The notes: generated from the sequence alone by a model not told the origin. Counted from the stretch's first letter, positions 45,827 to 58,326 are shown. The stretch is 64,000 nucleotides of DNA from Dehalococcoidia bacterium (GCA_963579845.1 CAUZHS010000002.1:38827-102826), one strand, 5' to 3'. Numbers and translations are program-made.

Positions 45827-47029
45827 ATGTCTCTCGACCTGCACAAGACGGCGTTGCAGTTTGGCCATGCGGCTGGCCGCTTGCGAATGGAGCGCGCGAT
45901 TCAAGCTGCGAATGCGATCAGCGCTGTGGCCCTGTTTCGGGAGGCCAGCCCCGCTGCCGTGGAGGCGAAGCGCACGGCGAAGTTCACCTGGCTGGCCGCT
46001 GGGATGGACGGCGCGTTCAAGGCGTTCCAGGCAGCGGGACCGCTGCCTGCCGAGTACGTGGTGGTGGCTACCGACGGTTCGCACATAGACGTAGACCGCA
46101 ACGCGCCCGCCCGCAGCTCGTTGGTCAATATCGGTAAGGTCATGCTGCGCTACGGGGAGCTTGCGGACGCGAGTCTGACCAGCACCCCCGCGCTGTTTAC
46201 GGAAGAGTCAGACCTGGTGCTCCGAGACCCCGAGTCGGGCCTGCGGGCGGTCCCGCTGGAGGGTCCGCTTCTGGGCATGAAGCGCGCGGTGATGGAACTG
46301 GAGGCATTGGCCGAATTGGTTGAAAGCATTCCCCCAGACCTGCCGGTGCTGGCGCTTTTGGACGGGTCGCTGGTACTGTTCGGTCTGGCGGGCCAGGGCT
46401 ATCCCGATTTCGTACGCAAGGCGCTTTTGGACGAGGGACTGCTCCGAGCGCTGGACCGGCTCCGGGCCCAGGCGGAGCGCCGCACCCTTGCCGTGGCCAG
46501 CTATATCAGCCTGCCCGGAAGCCGCGAGGTGGTGAACGCATTGCGGCTCCACGTCTGCCCGTATGGGCCGGTGGACTGCGACCGCCACTGCCGTCATCTC
46601 AGTCCTGGCGACCGTGCTTGCGATGCGGTCCAGGGAGTTACCGACCGCGAACTGTTCGCGTCGGTCATGACGTCGGGCGAGCGTACGTCCTGCTTTCGGT
46701 CTCTGTCGTCAGTGGTGACCGAGCACTACGGCTCGCACGCGGTGCGCTTCTTTTACCTGCATGCTGGGCATGAGATCGCGCGGGTGGAGATGCTCACTTG
46801 GTCGGCAGAAGTTCCCGCGGTCTTGGAATTTGCCCACGCCGCGCTTCTGGCCCAGGTGGAAAAGGGCCACGGCTACCCGGTGGCGCTCTCGGAGGCCCAC
46901 GAGCAGGCTGTGGTTACGGGGCCGGACCGGATGCATTTCGAGGTGATGGTGGAGGACACCCTGTCTGGCGAGCACCTGCCCCTCGGTACCTCGGAGAAGG
47001 CCCGCAGTAAGCGGACCCGGTTCGTGTAG
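45827..47029 (+). CDS. NurA-domain nuclease-like protein
   Basis: 400-aa ORF 12 nt after selB, AGGAG RBS; VVATDGSHIDVD, LALLDGSLVLFG, GERTSCFRS, GHGYPVALSEAHEQAVV resemble NurA catalytic motifs. Confidence 0.65.
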   Translation: MSLDLHKTALQFGHAAGRLRMERAIQAANAISAVALFREASPAAVEAKRTAKFTWLAAGMDGAFKAFQAAGPLPAEYVVVATDGSHIDVDRNAPARSSLVNIGKVMLRYGELADASLTSTPALFTEESDLVLRDPESGLRAVPLEGPLLGMKRAVMELEALAELVESIPPDLPVLALLDGSLVLFGLAGQGYPDFVRKALLDEGLLRALDRLRAQAERRTLAVASYISLPGSREVVNALRLHVCPYGPVDCDRHCRHLSPGDRACDAVQGVTDRELFASVMTSGERTSCFRSLSSVVTEHYGSHAVRFFYLHAGHEIARVEMLTWSAEVPAVLEFAHAALLAQVEKGHGYPVALSEAHEQAVVTGPDRMHFEVMVEDTLSGEHLPLGTSEKARSKRTRFV

Positions 47030-47082
47030 GCACAGAGTTCTAGCAGTAGCTGGCGTGAGGGACGTGGGTCGCCCGTCGGCGT

Positions 47083-48999
47083 TTACGCTGCCAAGGACGG
47101 CAACGATACACTACCATCCGCGCAGGAGTCCCTGTCCAGCCACGAAGACGAAGGGCGGACTAGGATCCCCACCGCAGTCTCCACGGAAAAGAGGGCGGGT
47201 TGACGCGTCTTCGGTGCCATGGAGGCGATGATGAGCATGGCGGGCTCCTCGACGGTGAAGGTGGCATCATTGTGCGAGTCTAGGGCTATGCGTTTCACCT
47301 GGGGCTCGTCGCCGGTGCCTGTGACCAGCTGCACGATGAACTGCTGGGAGACGCCCATAGTGGGCAGCAGTACGAACCCTTCGGCGGTCCAGCCGCTGTC
47401 TGTTTCGGCATCGTCGAAGAAGCCCATCTCCGGGATTTCCACGTCGTCCACGCACCAGCCGTCGCTGCTGAAGCTATCGTCCGTGACGTATTCGAACCGG
47501 AGCATGATGTCTGACCCCGCGTAAGAGGAGAGGTCGATTTCCTCCTGGACCCACCCATCGGAGCGGCCGGTATACCCTGGACCCAGCGCCCGCATACCGG
47601 GATCGTCGCTGGTGGTGTGCCGCCCCTCGAGGGCGGTCCATGTAATACCCTGGTCTTGGGAGACGGCTATGTAGCTGAAGTCGTATCCCTTTTCAATGGA
47701 GTACCACGCTTTGAAGCGCAGGGTAACGGCGGCCCCTGTGGCCCCGGCTGGCGTCAGGTCTACGGAGCGTGTGAGAGTTGCATCCATGTTGTCATTCCGG
47801 TTGCTCCACCAGCAAGACGAACCGCTGGCTGGCGGCACGGGAAGCAGGGGGGTGAAGCTCGTCCCCTGAAAGCGAACTTCAAGCGGCCTTCCGGGGTCCA
47901 GGAAAAGGTACCACGCGCCGAACTGCGGGAGCTCGCGGGCCAGAGTCGTGGTGCCTCTCACGCTCCTTTCCGGTTGGATGCTGCCGGTTGAGTAAGTGTA
48001 GGCGTAGGGGCCCTGGTCGGCGTTGACATAGTTGGCGACCACCCAATCGGCAAAAATATCCTCAAAGGAGAGCGCTAGGCCGGAGTCGGACAGGAACTCT
48101 TGAACGCCCTCAACGTCATCAGCCTGGGCCGCCACGAGTGCGCCGATGCTCTCGAGCCCTCCGGTGCGCGCCGCCAGGTATTCGACCAAGAGGGACGCTC
48201 CCGCGTAGCTGGGCAGTGTCTCCTCAATATCCTCCGGCCACCGTGTGCTGGAGCGGTCGGGATTACGAAAATAGGCAGCGACCGGAAGCGCGGGGTACCC
48301 ACCCGCCCGTGCCGCATACTCGGAAAGCCCCTCGTTCACCCAGGTGGCCTCGTTTGGGTCAGCAATGTGGTGGATGAGGTGTTGGAGTTCATGGGTCAAC
48401 GTGCCGAAGTAGCTGGCGGAGCCGATGCGCTGGTTGGTGTTCATGTAGAGCATGACTCGCTCGTTGCTCAGAGGGTCCACCGAGGTAGGGACCTGGTCGG
48501 CGCCGCCGAAGTAGCCCGCCACTAAGGTGAGGTCTGCGTTGAGAATAGTGATGCGTCCGCCGGGCTCTAGTCCGTTGCCGAATACCTCGACCACGTAGGG
48601 GTAGATGGAATCATCAAATGTCTTACTGGCGGAGCGGACAGCGCTGGTGTTGACACCGACGCCCGACTCAATGTACCAGGCGGCATGCTCTCCCAGGAGG
48701 ACGAGCTCTGCTTGAATCTCTCTGAATTCGGGACCGGCACCGACAAGGACCTTGAAGGTAGCGATGGCGCCTGCCTGCTCGTCGGGGAAGAGGGCCGTGT
48801 TGTCCAGGGGCTGGGCCGATACTCCCCGGTAACGGCGTGCTAGGTCGAACAGGTTGCGGCTTGGGCCGTCGGGGATAGGGGAGGCGGGTTGTGGCGAGGC
48901 GCTGGGCGTGGGCCGTGGCGAGGGAGTTGCCCCAGGTGCATCCGAGGAGCAGCTAGATAGCAGCGCGAGGATGATGGCGAGGAGGACGACGGGTTTCAT
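47083..48999 (-). CDS. secreted zinc metallopeptidase lipoprotein (HExxH, InhA/M6-like C-terminal domains)
   Basis: 638-aa ORF; lipobox LLSSCSS, Pro/Ser-rich linker, HELQHLIHH...NEGLSEY gluzincin motif, C-terminal FSYIAVSQDQGITWTAL and LRFEYVTDD...GWCVDDVEI. Confidence 0.65.
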   Translation of the reverse strand: MKPVVLLAIILALLSSCSSDAPGATPSPRPTPSASPQPASPIPDGPSRNLFDLARRYRGVSAQPLDNTALFPDEQAGAIATFKVLVGAGPEFREIQAELVLLGEHAAWYIESGVGVNTSAVRSASKTFDDSIYPYVVEVFGNGLEPGGRITILNADLTLVAGYFGGADQVPTSVDPLSNERVMLYMNTNQRIGSASYFGTLTHELQHLIHHIADPNEATWVNEGLSEYAARAGGYPALPVAAYFRNPDRSSTRWPEDIEETLPSYAGASLLVEYLAARTGGLESIGALVAAQADDVEGVQEFLSDSGLALSFEDIFADWVVANYVNADQGPYAYTYSTGSIQPERSVRGTTTLARELPQFGAWYLFLDPGRPLEVRFQGTSFTPLLPVPPASGSSCWWSNRNDNMDATLTRSVDLTPAGATGAAVTLRFKAWYSIEKGYDFSYIAVSQDQGITWTALEGRHTTSDDPGMRALGPGYTGRSDGWVQEEIDLSSYAGSDIMLRFEYVTDDSFSSDGWCVDDVEIPEMGFFDDAETDSGWTAEGFVLLPTMGVSQQFIVQLVTGTGDEPQVKRIALDSHNDATFTVEEPAMLIIASMAPKTRQPALFSVETAVGILVRPSSSWLDRDSCADGSVSLPSLAA

Positions 49000-49023
49000 G
49001 AGGTGAACTGCGAAGGCATGGTA

Positions 49024-49601
49024 TCAGTTGAACCGGTTCATGGCCTCCTGGACACCCTCAAGGATGCAGGCCTCAACCACTTCAGCTGCTTTGGAAAGGG
49101 TCTCGGCGAGGATATCCTCTTCGTCGCGGCGGAAGGGGCCGAGCACGTGCTCGATGGCGCCGCTTCCGGGCCGCCCTATGCCGATGCGCAGCCGTGGGTA
49201 GTCTGGGGTATCAAGCTCGGCGGTGATGGAGTTGAGCCCGTTGTGACCTCCGGAGCCCCCCGCGGTCCGGAGCCTGATTTTCCCCAAGGGCAGGTCCATA
49301 TCGTCGATGACGACTAGCAGTGAGCCGGGAGCCACGCCGAAGCGTTGGACCAGATAGCGCACCGCGATTCCGCTGGCGTTCATGTAGGTGCGGGGCTTGG
49401 CGAGGATGACGCTTCGGCCATCAAGAAACCCTTGGCCAAGGGCGGCGTGTTTTCGTTTGTCGTCGAGTCGGATGTCATGACGATTGCTCAGCAGGTCCAC
49501 GCACATGTAGCCCACGTTGTGCCGGCTATTGGCGTACCGGGCTCCAGGGTTTCCCAGGCCAATCACGGCCGACGATGGCTGGGAGGAGTCGTGAGAGGCC
49601 A

Positions 49602-49602
<1 letters not shown>
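49024..49602 (-). CDS. pth: peptidyl-tRNA hydrolase
   Basis: 192-aa ORF; VIGLGNPGARYANSRHNVGYM, GGHNGL motifs. Confidence 0.9.
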
Positions 49603-51871
<2,269 letters not shown>

Positions 51872-52071
51872 TCATTGAAAGGGCGCATCTTAGGGACCAT
51901 GGGCGGACAGGGGAAAGTATAGCAGCCGTCCAAGAGCCGTTCCGCTATAAAACGCTGCTATGACATGGCCGCCCTCACTCGCGCTCGATATACTGGACAG
52001 CCTCTTCAGAAAAACAGGCGGATGGCGCTTCGGTGCCGTACCGGCGGTACAATAAGGCCTAGGAGCTTTAC

Positions 52072-53376
52072 ATGGTCGACTTTCGCCCGTTCCGTGGTAT
52101 CCGTTACCGTCCCGGCGTGGCTGGTCCCCTCGACCGGTTGGTCTGCCCTCCCTACGATGTTATCTCACTGGCGCAGGAGAGGGTGCTCCTGGAGGGCAGC
52201 GATTTCAACATGGTCAGATTGGAACTGACGGAAGCGCCCGTGGAACCGGACGGCGGTCGGTACCCGGCAGCAGCCCGGACCTATCACCAGTGGCTTCACG
52301 ATGGAGTGTTGGGTTACGAGGATGGACCGACGTATTATCTGCTCAGGCAGAGGTTCGCTTTTGAGGGGGTAGCGCGAGAGCGATACAGTCTGACGGGGGC
52401 ACTCCGGCTGGAGGAGTTGGGCACGGGCGTGCTGCCTCACGAAGACACAGCGGCGGGTCCGAAGGCCGACCGGTTGGCACTGATGGAGGCGTGCCATGCC
52501 AACTTCAGTCCGCTGATGGCTTTGTTCGAGGATACGGACAAGGTGGTGGAAAGGGCGCGCCATGCGGCAATTGCCCATCCACCGACGGCGGAGTTTTCGG
52601 GCGACGATGGACAGGACTACGCTCTGTGGCGGATTGCCGATGGGGAGTCGGTGGCGGCCATTGCCGCGACCTTGGCACCTAGGCGACTGTACATCGCTGA
52701 TGGCCATCACCGGTATGAGACGGCGTTGAATTACGCGAAGGCGCGCGCCGAGAACGGCGGCGGGGAGCCCGCAGCCGACTTTGTGATGATGAGCATTATT
52801 GACTTCGACGATCCAGGACTGTTGATTCTGCCCTACTACCGGGTGGTACACGGCCTGTCGGCCCAGCTTCTTACCCAGCTCCGGGAGCGTATCGTCCAAG
52901 TGTTTCTAAACCAGCCCGTGGCCATCGACACCACGTCGCCGGGGCCTTTGGAGGCGCTGGTGGCCCAGGAGGGCGTTGCACGTGCGGTCTTGAGTTTGGT
53001 GGGTTCTGGTACCGAGGGGACATCCCTGCTTACCGTGAGGGATGCTGGCCTGGTGGAGCGCTATAGCGCTGAGGCGTCGTCGCCGGCTATGGGCGAGTTG
53101 GAGGCGTGGCTCTTGCAGGAGGTAGTCTTGCGTCCGGTGCTGGGCGATGACTTCGCTCGGCACGTGACCTACACCCACGACGGCCAAGCGGCGCTGGACC
53201 AGGTGCGCGAGGGAGGGGGGCAGCTGGCCTTTTTCCTGAAGGGCGTACCCAGGGACCTCTTCGTGAGACTGGTAGGAGCGGGCATCCGCATGCCGCGTAA
53301 GAGCACCTACTTCCACCCCAAGCTGCCGTCGGGAGTGGTGATGTACTCGCTGGAGGGTGCAGCGCCGGGAGGGTGA
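52072..53376 (+). CDS. DUF1015 family protein
   Basis: 434-aa ORF; MVDFRPFRGIRY, YIADGHHRYETAL motifs. Confidence 0.8.
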   Translation: MVDFRPFRGIRYRPGVAGPLDRLVCPPYDVISLAQERVLLEGSDFNMVRLELTEAPVEPDGGRYPAAARTYHQWLHDGVLGYEDGPTYYLLRQRFAFEGVARERYSLTGALRLEELGTGVLPHEDTAAGPKADRLALMEACHANFSPLMALFEDTDKVVERARHAAIAHPPTAEFSGDDGQDYALWRIADGESVAAIAATLAPRRLYIADGHHRYETALNYAKARAENGGGEPAADFVMMSIIDFDDPGLLILPYYRVVHGLSAQLLTQLRERIVQVFLNQPVAIDTTSPGPLEALVAQEGVARAVLSLVGSGTEGTSLLTVRDAGLVERYSAEASSPAMGELEAWLLQEVVLRPVLGDDFARHVTYTHDGQAALDQVREGGGQLAFFLKGVPRDLFVRLVGAGIRMPRKSTYFHPKLPSGVVMYSLEGAAPGG

Positions 53377-53380
53377 TGGG

Positions 53381-54139
53381 TTAGGGCGTGGGCGCCGGGA
53401 ATGCGTTGGCGATGGGGATAAAGTCTTTACGCTGCTCCAGGGGCTCCACTACCACGATGCCGTTGCGGTTGGAGAGAGCGTAGGCGCCAGCCCCGCTGCG
53501 GGAGGTCACCACCCGGTAGCTCCCGTCGACCAGTTGTAGCGCGCAGTGGTTGTCCACGGCGATACCCGGCTCGGAGTGCCGGAGCAGCATGCGTTTGAAG
53601 TTATCGGCCCGCAGTTGACCCACGGTCCCGGTGTCGAAGTGGGGGCAGCCGATGGCGTTGATCCACCCAAGGCCCTTCACGCGTACGTAGTCCCAATCGT
53701 CTGGCCGGTAGTAATGCCAAGAGTCGCTGTGGCCGTAGGCGAACCAACAGAGCATTCCTGCGCTCTGCCCTGAGAGGATGGTGCCGTGGTCGTAGGCGGC
53801 CTGAAGCACTTTGCCCACACCCAGATGCCGCCACCGGCGCATCATCTTGAGGGTGTTGCCGCCGCTTACATAGATGAGGTCGGCGCCCAGGATTTTCTCC
53901 TCCAACTCCTGGAGGCTGGGGCTTCGGTTCAAGAGATAGAGCACATCGGTCGCGCAGCCCAGTTTGTCGCGGAACTCAGTGTTGAAGGTATCCCAGCGTT
54001 CGGGCTCGTCGTAGCTGGCGGTAGGAATGAGGAGCGCGTGGGGACGCTCGAGCCCGGTGAGCTCGACCAGCGATCTGTGGATGGGCACATTTTCGCCCAG
54101 TTCCATGCTGCCTCCGCCGATGCTGACAATGGTGCCCAT
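53381..54139 (-). CDS. peptidase S51 family (dipeptidase E-like)
   Basis: 252-aa ORF; IYVSGGNTLKMMRRW, LSGQSAG nucleophile-elbow motif. Confidence 0.75.
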   Translation of the reverse strand: MGTIVSIGGGSMELGENVPIHRSLVELTGLERPHALLIPTASYDEPERWDTFNTEFRDKLGCATDVLYLLNRSPSLQELEEKILGADLIYVSGGNTLKMMRRWRHLGVGKVLQAAYDHGTILSGQSAGMLCWFAYGHSDSWHYYRPDDWDYVRVKGLGWINAIGCPHFDTGTVGQLRADNFKRMLLRHSEPGIAVDNHCALQLVDGSYRVVTSRSGAGAYALSNRNGIVVVEPLEQRKDFIPIANAFPAPTP

Positions 54140-54144
54140 CTGCC

Positions 54145-54711
54145 TTAGTCGCCCCGGCCGGGGTTGGTGAGGTATTCGGCGGAGATATGACGGTCTTCGA
54201 ACCGGGCGAGCATAAAAACTAGATCGGTGGCACGGTTCAGATAGCGCAGGACCTCGGCGTTCAGCAGGAGCTTCTGCTCGTGGAGGGCCACCGTCCTGCG
54301 CTCGGCGCGGCGTAAGACCGCCCTTGCTAGGTCCAGAGCGCCGGAGGCGGCGGAGCCGCCGGGGACGACGAAGGCGCGGGGCAGCTGGACCTGTTCGGCG
54401 AGCACGTCGATGACGGCTTCCAGATGGGTGGTCATCTCGGGTGTCACCGTACTGAAGTGTTGCTGGAGCTTAGCGTATTCCGCTGCGTCGGTGGCCAGCT
54501 CCGCGCCGAGGGTGAAGAGCTCCCGTTGCAGCTTGATGACCACCTCCTGTACCTGGGAGTCATGGGACAGGGCCCGGGCGAGTCCTAGGGCGGAAACGGC
54601 CTCGTCGATGCTGCCGTAGGCCTCGCAACGTGGGTCGGCCTTGGAGACCCTGCCGCCATAGAGCAGGCCCGTTTCGCCAGTGTCGCCGCCTTTAGTGTAG
54701 ATGCGCTTCAT
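54145..54711 (-). CDS. PduO-type ATP:cob(I)alamin adenosyltransferase
   Basis: MKRIYTKGGDTGETGLLYGGRVSKADPR. ATG at 54711 has GGAGGTG 7 nt upstream, so it is preferred over the ORF-track start at 54726. Confidence 0.85.
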   Translation of the reverse strand: MKRIYTKGGDTGETGLLYGGRVSKADPRCEAYGSIDEAVSALGLARALSHDSQVQEVVIKLQRELFTLGAELATDAAEYAKLQQHFSTVTPEMTTHLEAVIDVLAEQVQLPRAFVVPGGSAASGALDLARAVLRRAERRTVALHEQKLLLNAEVLRYLNRATDLVFMLARFEDRHISAEYLTNPGRGD

Positions 54712-54970
54712 GACTGTCACCTCCATTAACGTTCACCCTAGGACCTACGTGCGGGGGTTCGATACGTGGTTTGCCCTCGTCGTGTCGGCTAAGCCTGCCC
54801 TAGGTCCTTAGTTATGAATTATAGCGTGGAGGGATTGCGTGGTCTGGATGATGCTTGAATAGACTGGGCTAGTTGGTACCCTGAGGTGGCGGGAAAATCG
54901 AGATGTGCAGCCCCGGTAAAACTTATAGCGGGTTGCTGCCGAGTTCCTCATAGTGGCCTTGCAAACACGG

Positions 54971-54999
54971 TTGACACACCTCTGTACGGCTGGTAGCAT
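54971..54999 (+). promoter_or_regulatory. putative sigma-70-type promoter of the ribosomal str operon
   Basis: TTGACA (54971-54976), 17-nt spacer, TAGCAT (54994-54999), about 65 nt upstream of the rpsL ATG. Confidence 0.5.
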
Positions 55000-55064
55000 C
55001 TCTTCGTTGCGCTCAAGAGCAAATTTACTCTTGGTGCGCGGTGAATCATGAGGAGTTTGAAGAT

Positions 55065-55490
55065 ATGCCGACGGTGAATCAGCTGGTGAGGCACGGGCGG
55101 AAGAGTGCGGTCAAGAAGGCCAAAACTCCTGCGCTGCGCTTTGTCCGCAACACGCTGAAGAACCGGGTGTATCGCAACAGTGGCAGCCCCCAGAAGCTTG
55201 CCGTGTGCACTCAGGTCCGGACGGTTACGCCCAAGAAGCCCAACTCGGCTCTTCGGAAGGTGGCCAGGGTGCGGTTGACCAACGGCATGGAGGTTACGGC
55301 CTACATACCGGGAGAAGGCCACACACTTCAAGAGCATTCCGTGGTTCTTATCCGAGGCGGCAGGGTGAAAGACCTTCCCGGGGTGCGTTACCACGTTATC
55401 AGGGGTGCGCTGGACGCCACTGGCGTCAAGGGCCGCTCCCGGGGCCGCAGTAAATATGGTACCAAGCGGCCCGTGCCCTCCGGCAGCTAA
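55065..55490 (+). CDS. rpsL: 30S ribosomal protein S12
   Basis: [13 protein letters not shown]...[16 protein letters not shown]; ATG at 55065 after GAGGAG, preferred over 55041. Confidence 0.92.
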   Translation: MPTVNQLVRHGRKSAVKKAKTPALRFVRNTLKNRVYRNSGSPQKLAVCTQVRTVTPKKPNSALRKVARVRLTNGMEVTAYIPGEGHTLQEHSVVLIRGGRVKDLPGVRYHVIRGALDATGVKGRSRGRSKYGTKRPVPSGS

Positions 55491-55639
55491 GTGGTTCGTT
55501 CCGGCATCTGCACGATCGGCCCTTGATTGTCGTGGGGATGGGTTTGTGTTGAGGCCTGCTTCCCTGTGCTAGGGAGAAGGTCGGCAATCGATATTTGGAG
55601 ACGTGCGTAGGCACGGTTGCACTATGAGGAATGTGACGG

Positions 55640-56110
55640 ATGGCAAGGCGAAGACGAGCGGAAAAACGGAAGCTGGCAGCTGACCCTCGCTTTCATAGCG
55701 TAGAGCTCTCCAGCTTCATCAATCACGTAATGCAGCGGGGCAAGAAATCGGTTGCCCAGCGCGTCGTTTACCAGGCCCTGGACCAGGTGGAGCAGGAGAC
55801 TCGCCGCGAGCCCTTGGAGGTCTTCGAGCTGGCCATGCGCAACTCTATGCCGAACGTCGAAGTTAAGCCGCGTCGGGTTGGTGGTGCGACCTACCAGGTG
55901 CCCATCGAAGTTTCGACCGGCAGGCGCACTGCGCTGGCCACGCGCTGGATCATTGCAGCGGCTCGTGCCCGGACTGGACGACCCATGCGGGAGCGTCTGG
56001 CGCAGGAGCTGGTGGAGGCCTCGAGGGGCCAGGGGAGCGCGGTGAGGCGCCGTGAGGAGTTGCACCGGATGGCTGAGGCCAACAGGGCCTTCGCCCACTA
56101 CAAATGGTAG
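55640..56110 (+). CDS. rpsG: 30S ribosomal protein S7
   Basis: 156-aa ORF; MARRRRAEKR...GGATYQVPIEV...NRAFAHYKW. Confidence 0.92.
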   Translation: MARRRRAEKRKLAADPRFHSVELSSFINHVMQRGKKSVAQRVVYQALDQVEQETRREPLEVFELAMRNSMPNVEVKPRRVGGATYQVPIEVSTGRRTALATRWIIAAARARTGRPMRERLAQELVEASRGQGSAVRRREELHRMAEANRAFAHYKW

Positions 56111-56133
56111 TGCGCGTTCGGTAGTGCGCGTTC
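56106..56133. repeat. perfect 14-bp tandem duplication spanning the rpsG stop codon
   Basis: GGTAGTGCGCGTTC at 56106-56119 repeated exactly at 56120-56133, read directly. Confidence 0.9.
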
Positions 56134-56236
56134 TTCTGCGTTGGAGGCTGGTCGTGGTTGTGATAGTCGGACTTTTCTACCGGCTATCTCCGCGTTGGGA
56201 ATAGATGAGAGAGGAATCGGCGTAAGGCCTGCCATT

Positions 56237-58312
56237 ATGGTTGCGACGGATACAAACCTCGGACGGATCCGAAACATAGGGTTTATCGCCCACATCGATG
56301 CCGGGAAAACAACCGTCACCGAACGGGTGCTGTTCTTCACAGGCCGTACCTACAAGCTGGGCGAGGTCCATGAGGGAACCGCCGTGATGGATTGGATGGA
56401 GCAAGAGCGCGAGCGGGGGATCACCATTACCGCCGCGGCGACCAAGGCGGAATGGAACGGTTACACCGTCAACATTATCGACACGCCGGGCCACGTGGAC
56501 TTCACTGCCGAGGTGGAGCGGAGTCTCCGGGTTCTGGACGGTGGCGTGGTGGTCTTCGACGCGGTGGCCGGCGTGCAGCCCCAGTCGGAGACGGTTTGGC
56601 GTCAGGCCGACCGTTATGAGGTGCCACGCATCTGTTTCGTCAACAAGATGGATCGAATGCAGGCCGATTTCGACCGTACGGTCGGTATGATCAAGGATCG
56701 GCTCAACGGCAAGCCCATTCCTATCCAATACCCTATCGGCAGCGAGGAAAACTTTAAGGGAGTAGTGGATCTGCTTACGCTGAAGGCCCACTTCTTCCAG
56801 GATGGTGGTATTGGCGAGATGGTTGAAGGGGACGTTCCTTCCGATATTGCCAGCCTCGTTGCTCATGCCCGCGAAGAGATGGTAGAGCGGATCGCTGAGA
56901 ACGCTGACGACTTGGTGGAGCGTTTCCTGGCTGGAGAGTCCATCAGTGTGGAAGAGTTGAAGGCAGGCCTGCGGAAGGCGACGGTGGCCAACAAGGTGGT
57001 TCCTGTAATCTGTGGCTCCGCCTTGGACAGCCGGGGTATCCAGTTGATGCTGGATGCAGTGGTTGACTATCTTCCTTCCCCCTTGGACATGCCGGCCATC
57101 AATGGGCGCCATCCGCAGACGGGCGCGGAGATGGAGCGCCCCGCCGACCCGCAAGCTCCCTTTTCAGCCTTGGCTTTCAAGGTGGTTACCGACGTTCACG
57201 TCGGTCGGCTGGTCTACTTCCGGGTCTATTCCGGCACAATTAAGGCTGGTTCCATGGTCTATAACGCGACCAAGGGCGTGCGGGAACGCATGGGCCGCGT
57301 GGTGCTCATGCATGCCAACAGCCGCGAGGTGGTGGAAGAGGTGAGTACCGGAGAGATTGCGGCTGCCATCGGGCTCAAAGCCACCACTACCGGTGAGACC
57401 ATCTGCGATGAGCGTCAGCCGGTGTTGCTGGAGGCGATTAACTTTGCCGAGCCGGTGATTTCCGTCGCTATCGAGCCCAAGTCGCGGGCGGCGCAGGAGA
57501 AGCTGACGGAGGCGCTGATTAAGCTTGCTGAAGAGGACCCGACCTTCCGGGTCCGCTACGACGACGAAACGGGCCAGACGGTGATGTCCGGTATGGGAGA
57601 ACTCCATTTGGATATCTTGGTGGACCGCATGCGCCGTGAGTTTGGCGTGGAGGCAAATATCGGTAAGCCGCAGGTGGCCTATCGAGAGGCCATTACCAAG
57701 CCGTCCACCGCCGAAGGGCGTTTCGTACGCCAGACGGGTGGGCGTGGTCAATTCGGTCACTGTGTGCTGGAGATCGCGCCAAACGAACCAGGGAAGGGAT
57801 TCACCTTCGAGAACAAGATTGTCGGAGGGGCTATTCCCCGAGAGTTCATCCCCGCTATTCAAAAGGGTGTGCGGGAAGCCTTGGACAGTGGGGTAGTCGC
57901 AGGATACCCCGTGATGGACCTGTCGGTTGCCGTCGTTGACGGAAGCTTCCACGCGGTCGACTCCTCTGAGATGGCCTTTAAGATTGCCGGTTCCATGGCG
58001 GTGAAAAATGCGATGCGCGGCGCAGCGCCAATACTGTTGGAGCCAGTGATGAAGTTGCAGGTGGTGACGCCTGGGCAGTATCTGGGCGAGGTGCTCGGTG
58101 ACCTGGGCGGACGCAGGGGCAAAGTGAAGTCCATGGAGGGCCACGGTGATACCCAGGTGGTTGAGGCCGGGGTTCCTTTGGAAGAGATGTTTGGTTATGC
58201 AACTGAGCTGCGCTCACTGAGCCAGGGAAGGGCCACCCACACTATGGAGTTTGGGCAGTACGAGAAGGTACCTGCCTCAAGGGTCCCTGCAGCAGTGGCT
58301 GAGAGCGCATAG
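56237..58312 (+). CDS. fusA: translation elongation factor G
   Basis: [35 protein letters not shown]; start at ATG 56237 chosen by comparison with typical EF-G N-termini. Confidence 0.92.
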   Translation: MVATDTNLGRIRNIGFIAHIDAGKTTVTERVLFFTGRTYKLGEVHEGTAVMDWMEQERERGITITAAATKAEWNGYTVNIIDTPGHVDFTAEVERSLRVLDGGVVVFDAVAGVQPQSETVWRQADRYEVPRICFVNKMDRMQADFDRTVGMIKDRLNGKPIPIQYPIGSEENFKGVVDLLTLKAHFFQDGGIGEMVEGDVPSDIASLVAHAREEMVERIAENADDLVERFLAGESISVEELKAGLRKATVANKVVPVICGSALDSRGIQLMLDAVVDYLPSPLDMPAINGRHPQTGAEMERPADPQAPFSALAFKVVTDVHVGRLVYFRVYSGTIKAGSMVYNATKGVRERMGRVVLMHANSREVVEEVSTGEIAAAIGLKATTTGETICDERQPVLLEAINFAEPVISVAIEPKSRAAQEKLTEALIKLAEEDPTFRVRYDDETGQTVMSGMGELHLDILVDRMRREFGVEANIGKPQVAYREAITKPSTAEGRFVRQTGGRGQFGHCVLEIAPNEPGKGFTFENKIVGGAIPREFIPAIQKGVREALDSGVVAGYPVMDLSVAVVDGSFHAVDSSEMAFKIAGSMAVKNAMRGAAPILLEPVMKLQVVTPGQYLGEVLGDLGGRRGKVKSMEGHGDTQVVEAGVPLEEMFGYATELRSLSQGRATHTMEFGQYEKVPASRVPAAVAESA

Positions 58313-58326
58313 GCGAAGGGGTAGTC

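Noticed and set aside
56177-58144. Two long minus-strand ORFs (325 and 326 aa) opposite fusA
   Set aside because: They are antisense to a universally conserved EF-G gene. Composition is biased and no domains are recognisable.
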